A stretch of DNA of 64,000 nt from Trueperaceae bacterium (lineage in GTDB: Bacteria; Deinococcota; Deinococci; Deinococcales; Trueperaceae): contig OZ243956.1 of assembly GCA_965214405.1 (NCBI GenBank), positions 2,304,001 through 2,368,000 of the forward strand, given 5' to 3'. This document shows, piece after piece, positions 19,106 to 29,452 of the stretch (position 1 is the first letter of the stretch; every line of letters starts with the position of its first letter). The notes beneath the pieces are model-generated. The model was not told the DNA's origin. It saw only the letters and a program-made list of their open reading frames with translations, and did not search any database. Made by a program: the position numbers and the translations under genes.

Positions 19106-20518
19106 CTAGACTCTTGCCCCCCACATCTCTTCCATCTTCGCGCCGTAGTAGTTGTCCACCTGCTCACGGCTGAGGCGGGTAAGTTCGCTCTTGGGCAGCA
19201 AGGAGAGGGTGGTCCAAGCGATGTTCAAGGACTCCTCAATCGAGCGGTCCTCGTTGCCCTGGTTGATAAAGTTCTTTTCGAACTCGTCGGCGAACTTGAG
19301 GTAGAGCTTGTCGTTTTCCGACAAGGCGTCCTCACCCGTGATCGCCACCAAGCGGCGCAGGTCGAGGCCGTTGGCGTAGGCCGCCTGGAGCTGGTCGGCA
19401 ACGTTCTTATGGTCCTTACGCGTTTTGCCCTCGCCAATGCCGTTGTTCATGAGGCGGGACAAGCTGGGGCCGGGGTTGATGGGCGGGTAGATGCCCTGGT
19501 TGAAAAGGCTCCGCGCGAGGTAAATCTGCCCCTCGGTGATGTAGCCCGTGAGGTCAGGGATGGGGTGCGTCACGTCGTCGTCGGGCATACTCAGGATGGG
19601 AATCTGCGTGACCGAGCCCGGACGGCCCTCCACCACACCCGCACGCTCGTAAATCGAGGCCAAGTCGGTGTACATGTAGCCGGGGTAGCCGCGGCGGCCG
19701 GGGATTTCTTCTCGAGCCCCGCCAATCTCGCGCAGCGCCTCACAGTAGTTGGTCATGTCGGTGAGGATGACGAGCACGTGGTAACCCTCTTCAAAGGCCA
19801 GGTACTCGGCGGCGGTGAGCGCCATCCGCGGGGTGAGGAGGCGTTCGACCGCGGGATCGTCGGCTTTGTTAAGGAACAAGACGGAGCGCGCCAGCGCGCC
19901 CGTGCGCTCGAACTCCTGCGTGAAAAAGGTGATCTCGCGCTGGGTCACGCCCATCGCCGCAAAAACTACCGCGAACTCGGAGCCTTCACCCAAAACCTTG
20001 GACTGACGCGCGATCTGCGCGGCCAGCTCGTTGGCGGGCAGACCCGAACCCGAAAAGATGGGCAGCTTTTGGCCGCGAACGAGCGTCATGAGCGTGTCGA
20101 TGGTCGAGACGCCCGTCTGGATAAACTCTTCGGGTTTCTCGCGCGCCACCGGGTTGATGGGCGCGCCGCCGATGGGCAGGCGCTTGTCGGCGACCACCTC
20201 GGGCAAACCGTCGATAGGCTCGCCGATGCCGTTAAAGCGCCGCCCGATCATCTCGCGCGAGACGCCCAAACGCGCCACGTCCTCAACGAGAGAGACGGTG
20301 GTACTCGCCAGGTCGATGCCGCGCGGGTCCTCGAAGACCTGGAGCGTCGTTATCTTGTCCGAAACCTCGATAACCTGCCCCCCGCGGACGCGGCCCGTGC
20401 CGTCGGTAATGCGCACGATGGCGTTGTAGGCCAGGTCGGGCGCATTCTTCAAGAACAGCAGCGGCCCCGAAACGTAGGAGACTTCGCTGTACTCTTTCTT
20501 TAGCAGTTTACTCGCCAT
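19106..20518 (-). CDS. atpB: V/A-type ATP synthase subunit B
   Basis: [27 protein letters not shown] and [14 protein letters not shown] motifs. Confidence 0.97.
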   Translation of the reverse strand: MASKLLKKEYSEVSYVSGPLLFLKNAPDLAYNAIVRITDGTGRVRGGQVIEVSDKITTLQVFEDPRGIDLASTTVSLVEDVARLGVSREMIGRRFNGIGEPIDGLPEVVADKRLPIGGAPINPVAREKPEEFIQTGVSTIDTLMTLVRGQKLPIFSGSGLPANELAAQIARQSKVLGEGSEFAVVFAAMGVTQREITFFTQEFERTGALARSVLFLNKADDPAVERLLTPRMALTAAEYLAFEEGYHVLVILTDMTNYCEALREIGGAREEIPGRRGYPGYMYTDLASIYERAGVVEGRPGSVTQIPILSMPDDDVTHPIPDLTGYITEGQIYLARSLFNQGIYPPINPGPSLSRLMNNGIGEGKTRKDHKNVADQLQAAYANGLDLRRLVAITGEDALSENDKLYLKFADEFEKNFINQGNEDRSIEESLNIAWTTLSLLPKSELTRLSREQVDNYYGAKMEEMWGARV

Positions 20519-20550
20519 AGTTTCTCCTTTCTGCCCTTTCTGGGCAACCC

Positions 20551-22290
20551 TTACGCGGCAACGGCAAAGCCGTCGTCGAGTTCTCTGATGACGTCTTTTT
20601 TGTAGCTCTCGAACTCGTCCTCAGGCGTGTAGCGGGCGCGGTTGATTTTTTCGGTGACGGGGTTCGCTAAGATGTCATCCACCGTCGCGCCGCCCTCCAA
20701 GGCCCGCCGCGCCTCGTCGTAAAACTTGACCATCATTTGCAGCATCCCGTAGGCCTTGGTCATTGAGCACGACGCGTCCACGGGGTCAAAGCCGTTTTGC
20801 TGCAAGAAATCCTGGCGCAAGATGCGGCCCGTTTCGATAATCAGGCGCTCTTGGTCCTGGAGCGCGTCCGGGCCGACCAACTGCACGACTTCTTGGAGTT
20901 CGGACTCGCGCTGCAAGAGGTTGACCGCGCGCTCACGCAGGGCCGGGAAATCTTCGGCGACGTTCTCGCGGTACCAGTCCTCGAGAATGGGCGTAAAGAG
21001 CGAGTACGAGCGGTTCCAGTTGATCGCCGGGAAGTGACGGCGGCGCGCCAAGGACGCGTCGAGCGCCCAAAAGCAGCCCGTGATGCGCAACGTGGACTGG
21101 GTGACGGGCTCCGAAAAATCACCGCCTGCGGGCGACACCGCGCCGATGATCGAGACCGCGCCCTGCTCGCCCGCGAGCGTCGTCGCGCGGCCCCCGCGTT
21201 CGTAAAAGGCGGCGAGACGCGAGGCCAGGTAGGGCGGATAGCCTTCCTCGGCGGGCATCTCTTCAAGCCTCGAGGCGATTTCGCGCAGCGCCTCCGCCCA
21301 TCTCGAGGTCGAGTCGGCCATGACCGAGACGCGGTAGCCCTGGTCGCGGAAATACTCGGCCAGCGTGATGCCCGTGTAGATGCTTGCCTCGCGCGCGGCC
21401 ACCGGCATATTCGAGGTGTTGGCAATTAAGACGGTGCGCTCCATCAGCGGGTTGCCCGTTTGCGGGTCTTCCAACTCGGGAAACTCGACCAGCACGTCCG
21501 TCATCTCGTTGCCGCGCTCGCCGCAGCCTACGTAGACGACGATGTCGGCGTTGCCGTACTTCGCAATCGACTGCTGCGTGACCGTCTTGCCCGAGCCGAA
21601 GGGACCGGGGATGGCCGCGGTGCCGCCCATCGTGAGGGGGAAAAGCACGTCGAGAATCCGCATCCCCGTCAGAAAGGGCGTGACCGGGTCGAGCTTCTTC
21701 TCTACAGGCCGCGCCTGACGCACGGGCCAGGGGTGGTAGAGCTTGAGTTCGGTGCCGTCCTCTAAGGTCGCCACCACGTCGTCAACGGTATATTCGCCCT
21801 CACCGACAATGGACTTGATTTTGCCGCTCTTGTCGGGGGGCACCAGAACCTTGTGCGTAAACGAAAACTCGGGAACCGTGCCCAGCACCTGTCCACCCGA
21901 GACTTCATCACCCTTTTTTACGCTCGGCGTAAAGGCCCACTTGGCCTCGCGCGAGAGCGAGTTCACAGTAATGCCGCGGTCGATATAGGTGCCCGAGACT
22001 TCGTTGATTTTGTCCAGGGGCCGCTGAATACCGTCAAAGATGCCGTTGAGCATCCCCGGCCCCAATTCAACCGCCAAGGGCAGCCCGGTTGAAACGACGG
22101 GCTCGCCGATAGTAAGGCCGCCCGTGTCTTCGTAGACCTGCACAAAGGCGGTCGTTCCGTCCAAACGGATAATTTCGCCAACAAGCTGTTCTTTACCGAC
22201 GCGCACGATGTCGAACATGCGCGCGCCCATCATCCCCTCGGCGATGACCGCCGGGCCGGAGATGCGCTGTACTTTGCCTTCTATAGCCAC
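20551..22290 (-). CDS. atpA: V/A-type ATP synthase subunit A
   Basis: [14 protein letters not shown] and [12 protein letters not shown] motifs. Confidence 0.97.
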   Translation of the reverse strand: MAIEGKVQRISGPAVIAEGMMGARMFDIVRVGKEQLVGEIIRLDGTTAFVQVYEDTGGLTIGEPVVSTGLPLAVELGPGMLNGIFDGIQRPLDKINEVSGTYIDRGITVNSLSREAKWAFTPSVKKGDEVSGGQVLGTVPEFSFTHKVLVPPDKSGKIKSIVGEGEYTVDDVVATLEDGTELKLYHPWPVRQARPVEKKLDPVTPFLTGMRILDVLFPLTMGGTAAIPGPFGSGKTVTQQSIAKYGNADIVVYVGCGERGNEMTDVLVEFPELEDPQTGNPLMERTVLIANTSNMPVAAREASIYTGITLAEYFRDQGYRVSVMADSTSRWAEALREIASRLEEMPAEEGYPPYLASRLAAFYERGGRATTLAGEQGAVSIIGAVSPAGGDFSEPVTQSTLRITGCFWALDASLARRRHFPAINWNRSYSLFTPILEDWYRENVAEDFPALRERAVNLLQRESELQEVVQLVGPDALQDQERLIIETGRILRQDFLQQNGFDPVDASCSMTKAYGMLQMMVKFYDEARRALEGGATVDDILANPVTEKINRARYTPEDEFESYKKDVIRELDDGFAVAA

Positions 22291-22407
22291 TGTTGCCTCC
22301 TTCTACTAGAAAGGAGGAGATGAAGATTTTTTCCGCCTCTCCATCCCCTTGTAGTTCTTCAAATAGTCTACCCTTTTACTCTCTCACCACTCAGCACTTA
22401 CCGCTAC

Positions 22408-22734
22408 TCACTCGAGCTTGATGTCAAACCCAATCGCGCTTCTTACCAAGTCCTTCATGTACGCGTCGGCGTCGTCGGCCTCGCCAAAGGCGGCACCCAA
22501 ACCGGGCATCGGCAGCAAGACGGGCAGGTCGCGGCCCCGCATGGCGCGTTCGCTCGAGCGTATCGGGTCCTCAATCAGCGACTCGTCCACGACCACCAGG
22601 CCGTAATCGTTGGAGGCGATCACCTCTTCTAACGCCTGCTGCGCCCCCTCGGCGTCGGTTTCGCGCACTTCGACGCCCGCCAGGCGAAAACCCAGCGCGG
22701 TTTCGGCGTCGGTCACCACGAGCATCTTAGGCAT
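22408..22734 (-). CDS. atpF: V/A-type ATP synthase subunit F
   Basis: DAETALGFRLAGV...VRSAIGFDIK; operon position. Confidence 0.93.
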   Translation of the reverse strand: MPKMLVVTDAETALGFRLAGVEVRETDAEGAQQALEEVIASNDYGLVVVDESLIEDPIRSSERAMRGRDLPVLLPMPGLGAAFGEADDADAYMKDLVRSAIGFDIKLE

Positions 22735-23749
22735 TCCCTAGCTCCCTTTCGAGTTGCGGGCGCGGCACGCCGTAGTATTTGCCCCTCGCCAGGAGGCGCA
22801 AGCGCGCCGCCTCGCTCTCTTTTTGCCGCAAGTAGTTGAGCACCACGCCGATACCCAAGGGGTCGCCGAGCGCTAAACGGCGCGCGTCGCGGTCTAGGGT
22901 GCTGCGGATGGCCTCGTCGGCGGCGCTCAACGTATCCGTTTCAGTCACCTCGGAAAAGCTGGTATTTGAAAGTTCCTGGAGCGCGGCGGGCGAATCGCTG
23001 GTAAGCAGCGACTCGAACGTGCTCCGGCTCACTTCTCGCCCGCCGGGCACGAAAAACTCGCTCGCCTCGTCGGGGGGAGTTTGGCCGCGTAATTTAAGCG
23101 CGGTGCGCAGGTTCGTCGCGTCCACCTCGCGCTGCATGTAGCGGACGAGGTCGCGGGGCGCGTTGGCCGCCTCTAACTCGTCAAATACCGCGCGGTAGTA
23201 GGCGCGGTCTAGACTTAGCTCCAACTCGTAAAGGTCGTTGCTCGAGGAGTATTCGCGCACCGCGCGCGAAAAAGCGGGCGCGAGCGGGTTTTGTGTAAAG
23301 GCGAGCGACTGCGCCGCGGCGGGCAGGTCGGGCGCGCTGGCGATGGTCTCCAAAACGGCGGGCTTGAGCCGTCCAGCAGGGAGAAGCGCGGCGCGCATGT
23401 CCTCGTACTCGCGCCCGGCGTGTTTGGCCCTGGCGATCGCCTTGAGGTTGGCTAGGTCGTAACGGAGCAGCACCACGGCGATAAGCCGCTCCGCTCTCCC
23501 GTCCGAAAAGGTGAGGATGCTGCGCGTCGTCCGGTAGAAGTTTCCCGCCAGCGCCGCGTCGATGGCGCGCAAACCCTCGTAGCGCGCCTCCGCCTCCTCA
23601 TAGTCGCGCATGTAGGGCGACTGAGAGAATGAGGAGGTAAAGGCGCGAAAATCGGTCGCGTTGAGCGCGTCGTTGTAGAACTCGGGACCCAAAAGCTGCG
23701 CCTTGAGCCCGCGCACGCGCGCGTTGATGTAGCCTAGATCGGACGACAT
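22727..23749 (-). CDS. atpC: V/A-type ATP synthase subunit C
   Basis: YINARVRG, YDLANLK and LRLLARGKYYG motifs. Confidence 0.93.
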   Translation of the reverse strand: MSSDLGYINARVRGLKAQLLGPEFYNDALNATDFRAFTSSFSQSPYMRDYEEAEARYEGLRAIDAALAGNFYRTTRSILTFSDGRAERLIAVVLLRYDLANLKAIARAKHAGREYEDMRAALLPAGRLKPAVLETIASAPDLPAAAQSLAFTQNPLAPAFSRAVREYSSSNDLYELELSLDRAYYRAVFDELEAANAPRDLVRYMQREVDATNLRTALKLRGQTPPDEASEFFVPGGREVSRSTFESLLTSDSPAALQELSNTSFSEVTETDTLSAADEAIRSTLDRDARRLALGDPLGIGVVLNYLRQKESEAARLRLLARGKYYGVPRPQLERELGNA

Positions 23750-24357
23750 CAGCTTCCTTGGGCTTGTGCAGGCGCGCTTTTGAAGAGCACCCCCGATACC
23801 TCCGAGGCGAGCTCGTCGCGCAGGGCCTCGAGCCGCACCGGCAGTGTATTTTCCACCGTGCTGTTCGAGCCCGTCGCGCGCAAGCGCACCCCGCCCCGCA
23901 CATTCTCGTCGGTGTGGACGGGGGCATTTATACTCAAATCTTTGAGCGCGTTCTTCGCCACCTTCTCGTCTTCGGGGTTGACGGTCACGTCCGAAACGCG
24001 GTCTTTACCAACCGCCTCGGCGGCTTCTGACAGGAGCGACTTAAATACGGGCGCGTAGCGTTTTTCGTCGCCCATGAGCGCGTCGACGTCCTTTTGAACG
24101 CGGTTAAACACATCCTCGACGGCCTCATGCTGGGCGCGGAGCCGCATCGAGGAGGCCTCGAGCTGCGCCGACGAGCGCGCGCGCACCCCCGCGGCCTCGT
24201 GCTGGCTGGACAGCGTGCGCCGCCGGGCCGCGACGGTCGCTTCGGCCTCGCGTTCGGCCTCAGCGACGATCTCCGAGGCGCGTGAGCGCGCCTCGGAGAG
24301 GATGCTGTCGATTTCCGCGCCCGCTTCTTTGTCAAGCAGAGCAGCAAGATTCGCCAC
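23749..24357 (-). CDS. atpE: V/A-type ATP synthase subunit E
   Basis: N-terminal coiled coil; GGVRL...VENTL..RL. Confidence 0.9.
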   Translation of the reverse strand: MANLAALLDKEAGAEIDSILSEARSRASEIVAEAEREAEATVAARRRTLSSQHEAAGVRARSSAQLEASSMRLRAQHEAVEDVFNRVQKDVDALMGDEKRYAPVFKSLLSEAAEAVGKDRVSDVTVNPEDEKVAKNALKDLSINAPVHTDENVRGGVRLRATGSNSTVENTLPVRLEALRDELASEVSGVLFKSAPAQAQGS

Positions 24358-24362
24358 GTTCG

Positions 24363-24683
24363 TCAGCCGATCTGGTTGTTCAAGAAGAAGGCGATCACGA
24401 AGCCGAAGATGATGATGGTCTCGGGGATAACGAGGTAGATGAGAATCTGACCGAACGCCTGCGGGCGCTCCGCGATGGTGCCCGCGCCCGCGCTGCCGAT
24501 GGACGCCTGCGCGATGCCCACGCCGATGGCGCAGAGGCCGATAGCCAAGGCCGCGCCGATGGCGATGAGGCCGCCGCCGACGGTGGAAGCCGTTTCAAGG
24601 GCCTCAACAGCCAATTCGGCCTCCTGGGCCATTCCCAAAGACGCGAGCGCGGCGAGTACAACAAGACCAAAAACTTTTTTCAT
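24363..24683 (-). CDS. atpK: V/A-type ATP synthase proteolipid subunit K/L
   Basis: Signal-like N-terminus, two TM helices, IPET with the conserved Glu. Confidence 0.93.
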   Translation of the reverse strand: MKKVFGLVVLAALASLGMAQEAELAVEALETASTVGGGLIAIGAALAIGLCAIGVGIAQASIGSAGAGTIAERPQAFGQILIYLVIPETIIIFGFVIAFFLNNQIG

Positions 24684-26677
24684 GCTCTTCCTCCAAAAAG
24701 ACGTAATGGCCGGTAAGGACGGCCGTTTTCTTCGTAAAACCCGAACTTGGTAAAGAACTCCACGTACTGCAGACGTAAAGGTTGCAGCGTGTGGCCGATG
24801 ATGGTAAGCGTGAGCGCGATGAGATGCACCGCCAGGGCGGCGATGATGCCCAGAATGGGGCCGATCACGGGCGCGACGCCGCCGAGGGCGAAGCCCACAT
24901 CCGTTGCCAAGTTGGCAACGAGCGCCGCGGCGAGCCCGACTGCAAAAAGACGCAGGTAAGAAAGGATGTTGCCCGAGTTCGAGATAAGCTCGACAAGCAT
25001 CAGCACAACACCTGACAGCACCACCCCGGCGATAAAAACAGCAAAAAGGAGTCCGCAGATGATCAACACGAGCGGCGTGAGCCCGTCTGCCAAAAAGGCG
25101 TAGGAAAAGATCACCACGGCCACGAGGCCGCTCGCCATGCCGACGCCCTCCCAGAGGTGCTTTTTGTCGTGGTGCTTGTAACCGTAGTAGGCGCGAATCA
25201 CCCAGCCGCCCACCACCTGCAGCACCCCGAAGCCCAGCGAGAGCAGCAGCAGGGGTTGGAACACTTCGACCCTAAAGAGCACGATGGGTATCCAGCCGTA
25301 CCCCTCCGGATAGTGTAGGGTGGTGTAAAAAACCGGCTTGCCACCGATGCCGTACCACCGCTCCAAGAAGTTGCCGAAAAACTCGCCGTAGAGAAAGCCG
25401 AACAAGATGCTCCAGCCCGCGCACCACACGATGATCATGCCGATGGAGGGCATCGCTGAGGCCGGGATGGTGACGCCCAAGGGACCCAGGCCGAGCGACC
25501 TGCCCTTGGCCCCGCGGCGGCGCAGCCAGAGGCCGATGGCGAGAAAAAGGAGCCCGAAACCGATGTCGCCGACCACGACGCCGAAAAAGAGCGGGAAAAA
25601 GACCGCCAGCGTCCAGCTCGGGTCGAACGAGCCGTACTTGGGCGGCGCGAAGAGCGACAACAGGCCCTCGAAGGGCCGCACCCAGCCGGGGTTCTCGAGC
25701 TTGACCGGCACCCCCACGTCGTGATGCTCGTCGGCGTGACGCGCCTCGACGACGACGGCCTCGCCGAAGTTCTTCTTGAGCGCTTCGGTCACGCGCGCGC
25801 TTTCGCCCGAGGGCACCCAGCCTTTCAGCGCGAAGCTGTACCGGCTTTCAACAGCGTCTGCGAGCGCCCCGAAACGCGCCTGATGGTTCAAGGCCGTCTG
25901 GCGCACCGCCTGAAGCTTGGCCCCGTGCTGCGCCCGGAGCTTGGTGAGCTCGTTGTTGATGACCGTGAGGCGGTTGGGCAACGCGCGAGAACGTTCCTCC
26001 ATCGTGTGAACGGCCTTGGCAAAATCTAACCCGGCGTAGCGTTCGGGCAGACTAAGCTCGGCCAATCCGAGCCCTGAGAGTGCGCTCAAAAGCTCTCCCC
26101 TGTCGCCTTTTAAGACCGCCGCCGTCGCCAAGAGCTGCTTGCCGGAGGGTCTGGCGGCGAGCAGGATGCGCCCGTCTAGGGCTTGCTCGAGCTTCTGCCG
26201 CGTTTCTTCAAAGGCGTCGGCGTTCACCGCAAAGGCCACGCCCGTGAGGTAGCGGCTGCGCTCCAACTGCGCCAGGCTCGGCGCGAGCCCGCGGAACACG
26301 CCCAGGTAAGTGTTGATGACGTCCAGCTCATCCCGAACTTCGCCGCGCTCGGCGACCAAATCTTCGACCTGCGCGTTGACGCTCTTGAGGTAGGTTTGAA
26401 TGTCCGCGAGGCTCCCCGGTGTCTCGCTTTTGGGGCTCGGCGCCACATCAGATGCCCCCAGCACGTCGATCAAACTTTCAGAACGCGCGACCGCCGCGTT
26501 CCAGCCGTCTTTGGTGGCCTGGTCCGCCTCGCGGAGTTTGAGTTTGGCGAGCTTTTGACCCTCGGCGGGCTCTAAGGGGTCAACTTGCACCACCCCAAGG
26601 TTTTGCAGGCTTGCCAGTACCTCCTGCGCCATGCTGCGGCGGCCCACGACCAGAAGCTGGTCCATCTCCGCAATCAC
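24680..26677 (-). CDS. atpI: V/A-type ATP synthase subunit I
   Basis: GDIGFG, NILSYLRLFAVG and LRLQYVEFFTKF motifs. Confidence 0.95.
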   Translation of the reverse strand: MIAEMDQLLVVGRRSMAQEVLASLQNLGVVQVDPLEPAEGQKLAKLKLREADQATKDGWNAAVARSESLIDVLGASDVAPSPKSETPGSLADIQTYLKSVNAQVEDLVAERGEVRDELDVINTYLGVFRGLAPSLAQLERSRYLTGVAFAVNADAFEETRQKLEQALDGRILLAARPSGKQLLATAAVLKGDRGELLSALSGLGLAELSLPERYAGLDFAKAVHTMEERSRALPNRLTVINNELTKLRAQHGAKLQAVRQTALNHQARFGALADAVESRYSFALKGWVPSGESARVTEALKKNFGEAVVVEARHADEHHDVGVPVKLENPGWVRPFEGLLSLFAPPKYGSFDPSWTLAVFFPLFFGVVVGDIGFGLLFLAIGLWLRRRGAKGRSLGLGPLGVTIPASAMPSIGMIIVWCAGWSILFGFLYGEFFGNFLERWYGIGGKPVFYTTLHYPEGYGWIPIVLFRVEVFQPLLLLSLGFGVLQVVGGWVIRAYYGYKHHDKKHLWEGVGMASGLVAVVIFSYAFLADGLTPLVLIICGLLFAVFIAGVVLSGVVLMLVELISNSGNILSYLRLFAVGLAAALVANLATDVGFALGGVAPVIGPILGIIAALAVHLIALTLTIIGHTLQPLRLQYVEFFTKFGFYEENGRPYRPLRLFGGRA

Positions 26678-26994
26678 GGTAGCACCCGCTCCATCACGAG
26701 CTTGACAGCCTTGGCTTTATTCTTTTCGGCCTGCGCCCGCAGCGTTTGCACGCCGCGCTCGGCCTCGTCCATGACTTCTTTTCGTGAACGCTCGCCCTCC
26801 GCGCGCGTCGTTTCGGCCTGCTCTTTGGAGAGCGTTTCGGCCCGCGCGTTCGCGTCCGCCTTTAACTTTCTGGCCCTCGCCTCGGCCTCGCTGATGATCT
26901 CAGCCGCCTCGCCTTTGGCTCCCTCGACCTTGGCAACCAACGCCTGCTCGTGGTCGACCAGATTCTGCAACAGTCTTTCGCCCTGGCTTTCCAA
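26674..26994 (-). CDS. atpG: V/A-type ATP synthase subunit G/H
   Basis: Coiled coil; first gene of the operon; GGAGG RBS before TTG. Confidence 0.85.
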   Translation of the reverse strand: MESQGERLLQNLVDHEQALVAKVEGAKGEAAEIISEAEARARKLKADANARAETLSKEQAETTRAEGERSRKEVMDEAERGVQTLRAQAEKNKAKAVKLVMERVLP

Positions 26995-27191
26995 GCGGCC
27001 CTCCCTTCTATAACTTCACGTCACATTAAGGACGCTGAACCCAACCGCACTATAGAACCACACGACAAAACGGGGCAACATCCACCGAGACATAAAAAAA
27101 TGCGATAAACCTTAAGCTCACAAGCCTTTCACCTATCGCTGCGTCAGCATAACAGTAGCCCCCAGTACTGTCAACGAGACAGATGTCCCGG

Positions 27192-28550
27192 GGGTGCAAC
27201 CCCAAATAGGCGGATAGAAAAAGGGGCGTAGCAGCGGTAGAATGGCGGATGAAAACGAGCCAGACAGGTGATTGGAAAGAACGGGCGAAGGAAGCGTTTG
27301 GCAGGTACTTAGAAGCTTTGGAACGAGACCTACCCGAAGATGCGGGTGTAGCCGAGGTTGAGACGGCGATGCTGGCGCATTATCAAGCGATGATGAGTGA
27401 GACTATGCAAGCTCTGGCAGATAGCCGGAGCTTTTCCCCCCGAGCACAAAAGAGAAGTACCTGAAGGCTATTGGGGTAACGGCAAACGTCGCTGCGCGGT
27501 TAAGCACTTGTGGGGCCGGGTCTATGTCGAGGTACAAAGGCTGGTTGATAGAGAGGGTCGAGCCAAACAAGCTATCCTCGATAGACGCTTAGACCATTCG
27601 GGCTGGACGCCCAAAGCCTTAGCTTGCCTGACCGACTTAGCAGCGCGCGTGCCCTTAGAAGAAGGCGCTTACATCGCGCGCAACTTCGGCCTGAGGATTA
27701 GCTCGTCAGAATTAGACCGCTTGCAACGCCCCTACGCTGAGGCGTGTCGAGCCGAGGTGGCAGACAGACTGTTGTCTTGTTCAGAGCCTGAAGCGGCACG
27801 CCGACAAGGACGCGTCATGGTGTTGCAAATGGACGGCGTCTACGTCTTAGGGCAACCTGAACAGGGGCTATGTCCTGGCCTGGAACTCAAAACAGCCGTA
27901 CTTTATCCGCAAGCCGCTCCGAGTCAGCGCTGGATGTTGGCCGAACGCTGCTGTGCCGAAGACTTTGTCACGCTCGTGGCGGGTTTACTCAACGAAGCCG
28001 GAGTCACCCCCGCGGATACGCTGCTCGGTTTGGGTGATGGAGCCGTTTGGATTGACAACATCTTTTGTCATCTCGACGCCGTAAGAATCACCGACGTCTA
28101 CCACGCCACTCAGTACCTCGACACCATCATGCAAGCACTGGCTTGGGATGAAGACCTAAGAACGCGCCACCGCTGTGACTGGTATCGGGGTCAGCTCAAC
28201 GCCCGTGACTGGCTCGCTCACCACCTTCCTAAACCCGAGGTCTGGCTCACCTGGGATGACAAAGCGCAAACTGCTCTAAAGTATCTTGAAACCCGGCTTG
28301 ACAGTATGGATTATGCTCGGTTCACAGAAAAAGGCTATCCCATCGGTTCAGGGCAAATCGAAGGGATGAACAAAGCCGTTATCGGAAACCGTATGAAAAG
28401 AAGCGGGATGCACTGGTCCAAACAAGGTGCTGCCAGTATGGCCTCTTTGCGTGCCCAGACCTGTGCCAAACATTCCCTCATTGACTTTGGGCAGCTCAGG
28501 CACCTCGCTTACCCTGCCCCGGCTTAATCCGACACTAGCGGGCTGCACCC
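27192..28550 (+). mobile_element. ISKra4/ISLre2-like insertion sequence
   Basis: Terminal inverted repeats GGGTGCA(A/G)CCC; 9-bp duplication ATGTCCCGG at 27183-27191 and 28551-28559. Confidence 0.9.
27249..28527 (+). CDS. DDE transposase split in two overlapping ORFs (27249-27464 and up to 28527)
   Basis: MDG, GDGAVWI, DVYH and PIGSGQIEG...RMKRSGMHWS motifs; TTTTCCCCCC at the junction. Confidence 0.85.
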
Positions 28551-28659
28551 ATGTCCCGGTGCCCAAATGCCGCACAGCCAACAACGGTACAGCTCACCGC
28601 TACACAGAATATTATAGAAAACAGCGCAAAGTTTATAGAAATCCGTTATACTGGTTTAT

Positions 28660-28908
28660 ATGAGGCAAATCAACATCAAGAACAGCGTGGCAGCCGACCT
28701 ACTCGACAGGGTAACGGCGGCCACAGGTGAGGGTAAAACAGAGGCGATCACTCACGCGTTAGAGCTTTATTTAAAAAGTATTGACGCGTCCAAACGCGCC
28801 GAGGCCGCTATCACTCTCGTGCGCGAACTCCTTCATCCGACAATCGAGCCCGAGCATTTGGGTCGAGCGCCCAGCAAGCGTGAGCAGGAAGAGCTTCTGG
28901 GAATGTAG
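28660..28908 (+). CDS. vapB: VapB-type antitoxin
   Basis: INIKN...TGEGKTEAITHAL RHH-like start; directly upstream of a PIN gene. Confidence 0.8.
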   Translation: MRQINIKNSVAADLLDRVTAATGEGKTEAITHALELYLKSIDASKRAEAAITLVRELLHPTIEPEHLGRAPSKREQEELLGM

Positions 28909-29316
28909 ATGGTTGTCGACACGAGCGTCTTGTTACACGTTGCTTTTGAAGAACCGGGCTGGGAGGGGAGCCTGCGCTGGTTGAGCCAGCAGCCCACCCT
29001 TGCCTTTTCAGCTCTATCGCTCGTCGAGGGTCATGCAGTCATTACGGGCCGCGGGAGGCGTGACCCTCGAGAGGTTTTAGACAAGCTACTGCGTATCCTG
29101 GAGGTCGAGGTTGTGGCTTTTGACGCTAGCCAAGCGGCGCTGGCCCGCAACGCCTACAGCCGCTACGGCAAGGGGCAGGGGCACCGGGCGGGGTTAAATT
29201 TGAGAGACGTCATCGTCTATGCGCTGGCCGCCTCGCGCCGGGACGTGCTCGCCTTTGTCGGCGATGATTTTAACCATACCGACCTAGAGGTGGTGCGGCT
29301 TCCTCGAGCCAGCTAG
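28909..29316 (+). CDS. vapC: VapC PIN-domain toxin
   Basis: MVVDTS, RYGKGQGHRAGLN..D and GDDFNHTD motifs. Confidence 0.88.
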   Translation: MVVDTSVLLHVAFEEPGWEGSLRWLSQQPTLAFSALSLVEGHAVITGRGRRDPREVLDKLLRILEVEVVAFDASQAALARNAYSRYGKGQGHRAGLNLRDVIVYALAASRRDVLAFVGDDFNHTDLEVVRLPRAS

Positions 29317-29380
29317 CGTCACCCTTCTAACGCTTGTCTCTTGACCTACTTTTTGAAGTCACCCCAACCTTGATAATGTA

Positions 29381-29420
29381 GTTGATGATTTTTGTCAACA
29401 TAGTTGACTGCACAATCAAC
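29381..29420. promoter_or_regulatory. overlapping inverted repeats, candidate operator of the ABC operon
   Basis: GTTGA-N9-TCAAC, GTCAAC-ATA-GTTGAC and GTTGA-N8-TCAAC. Confidence 0.6.
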
Positions 29421-29452
29421 TCGGAGTCACCACAAGGTTTGGGGGAAGAACG

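Noticed and set aside
19049..20503. 484-aa plus-strand ORF
   Set aside because: Antisense shadow of atpB, typical of high-GC codon bias; no motifs
27191..27203. Link between the IS left end GGGGTGCAACCCC and the 52086 palindrome
   Set aside because: Short GC-rich match only; no shared flanks or target duplication at 52086
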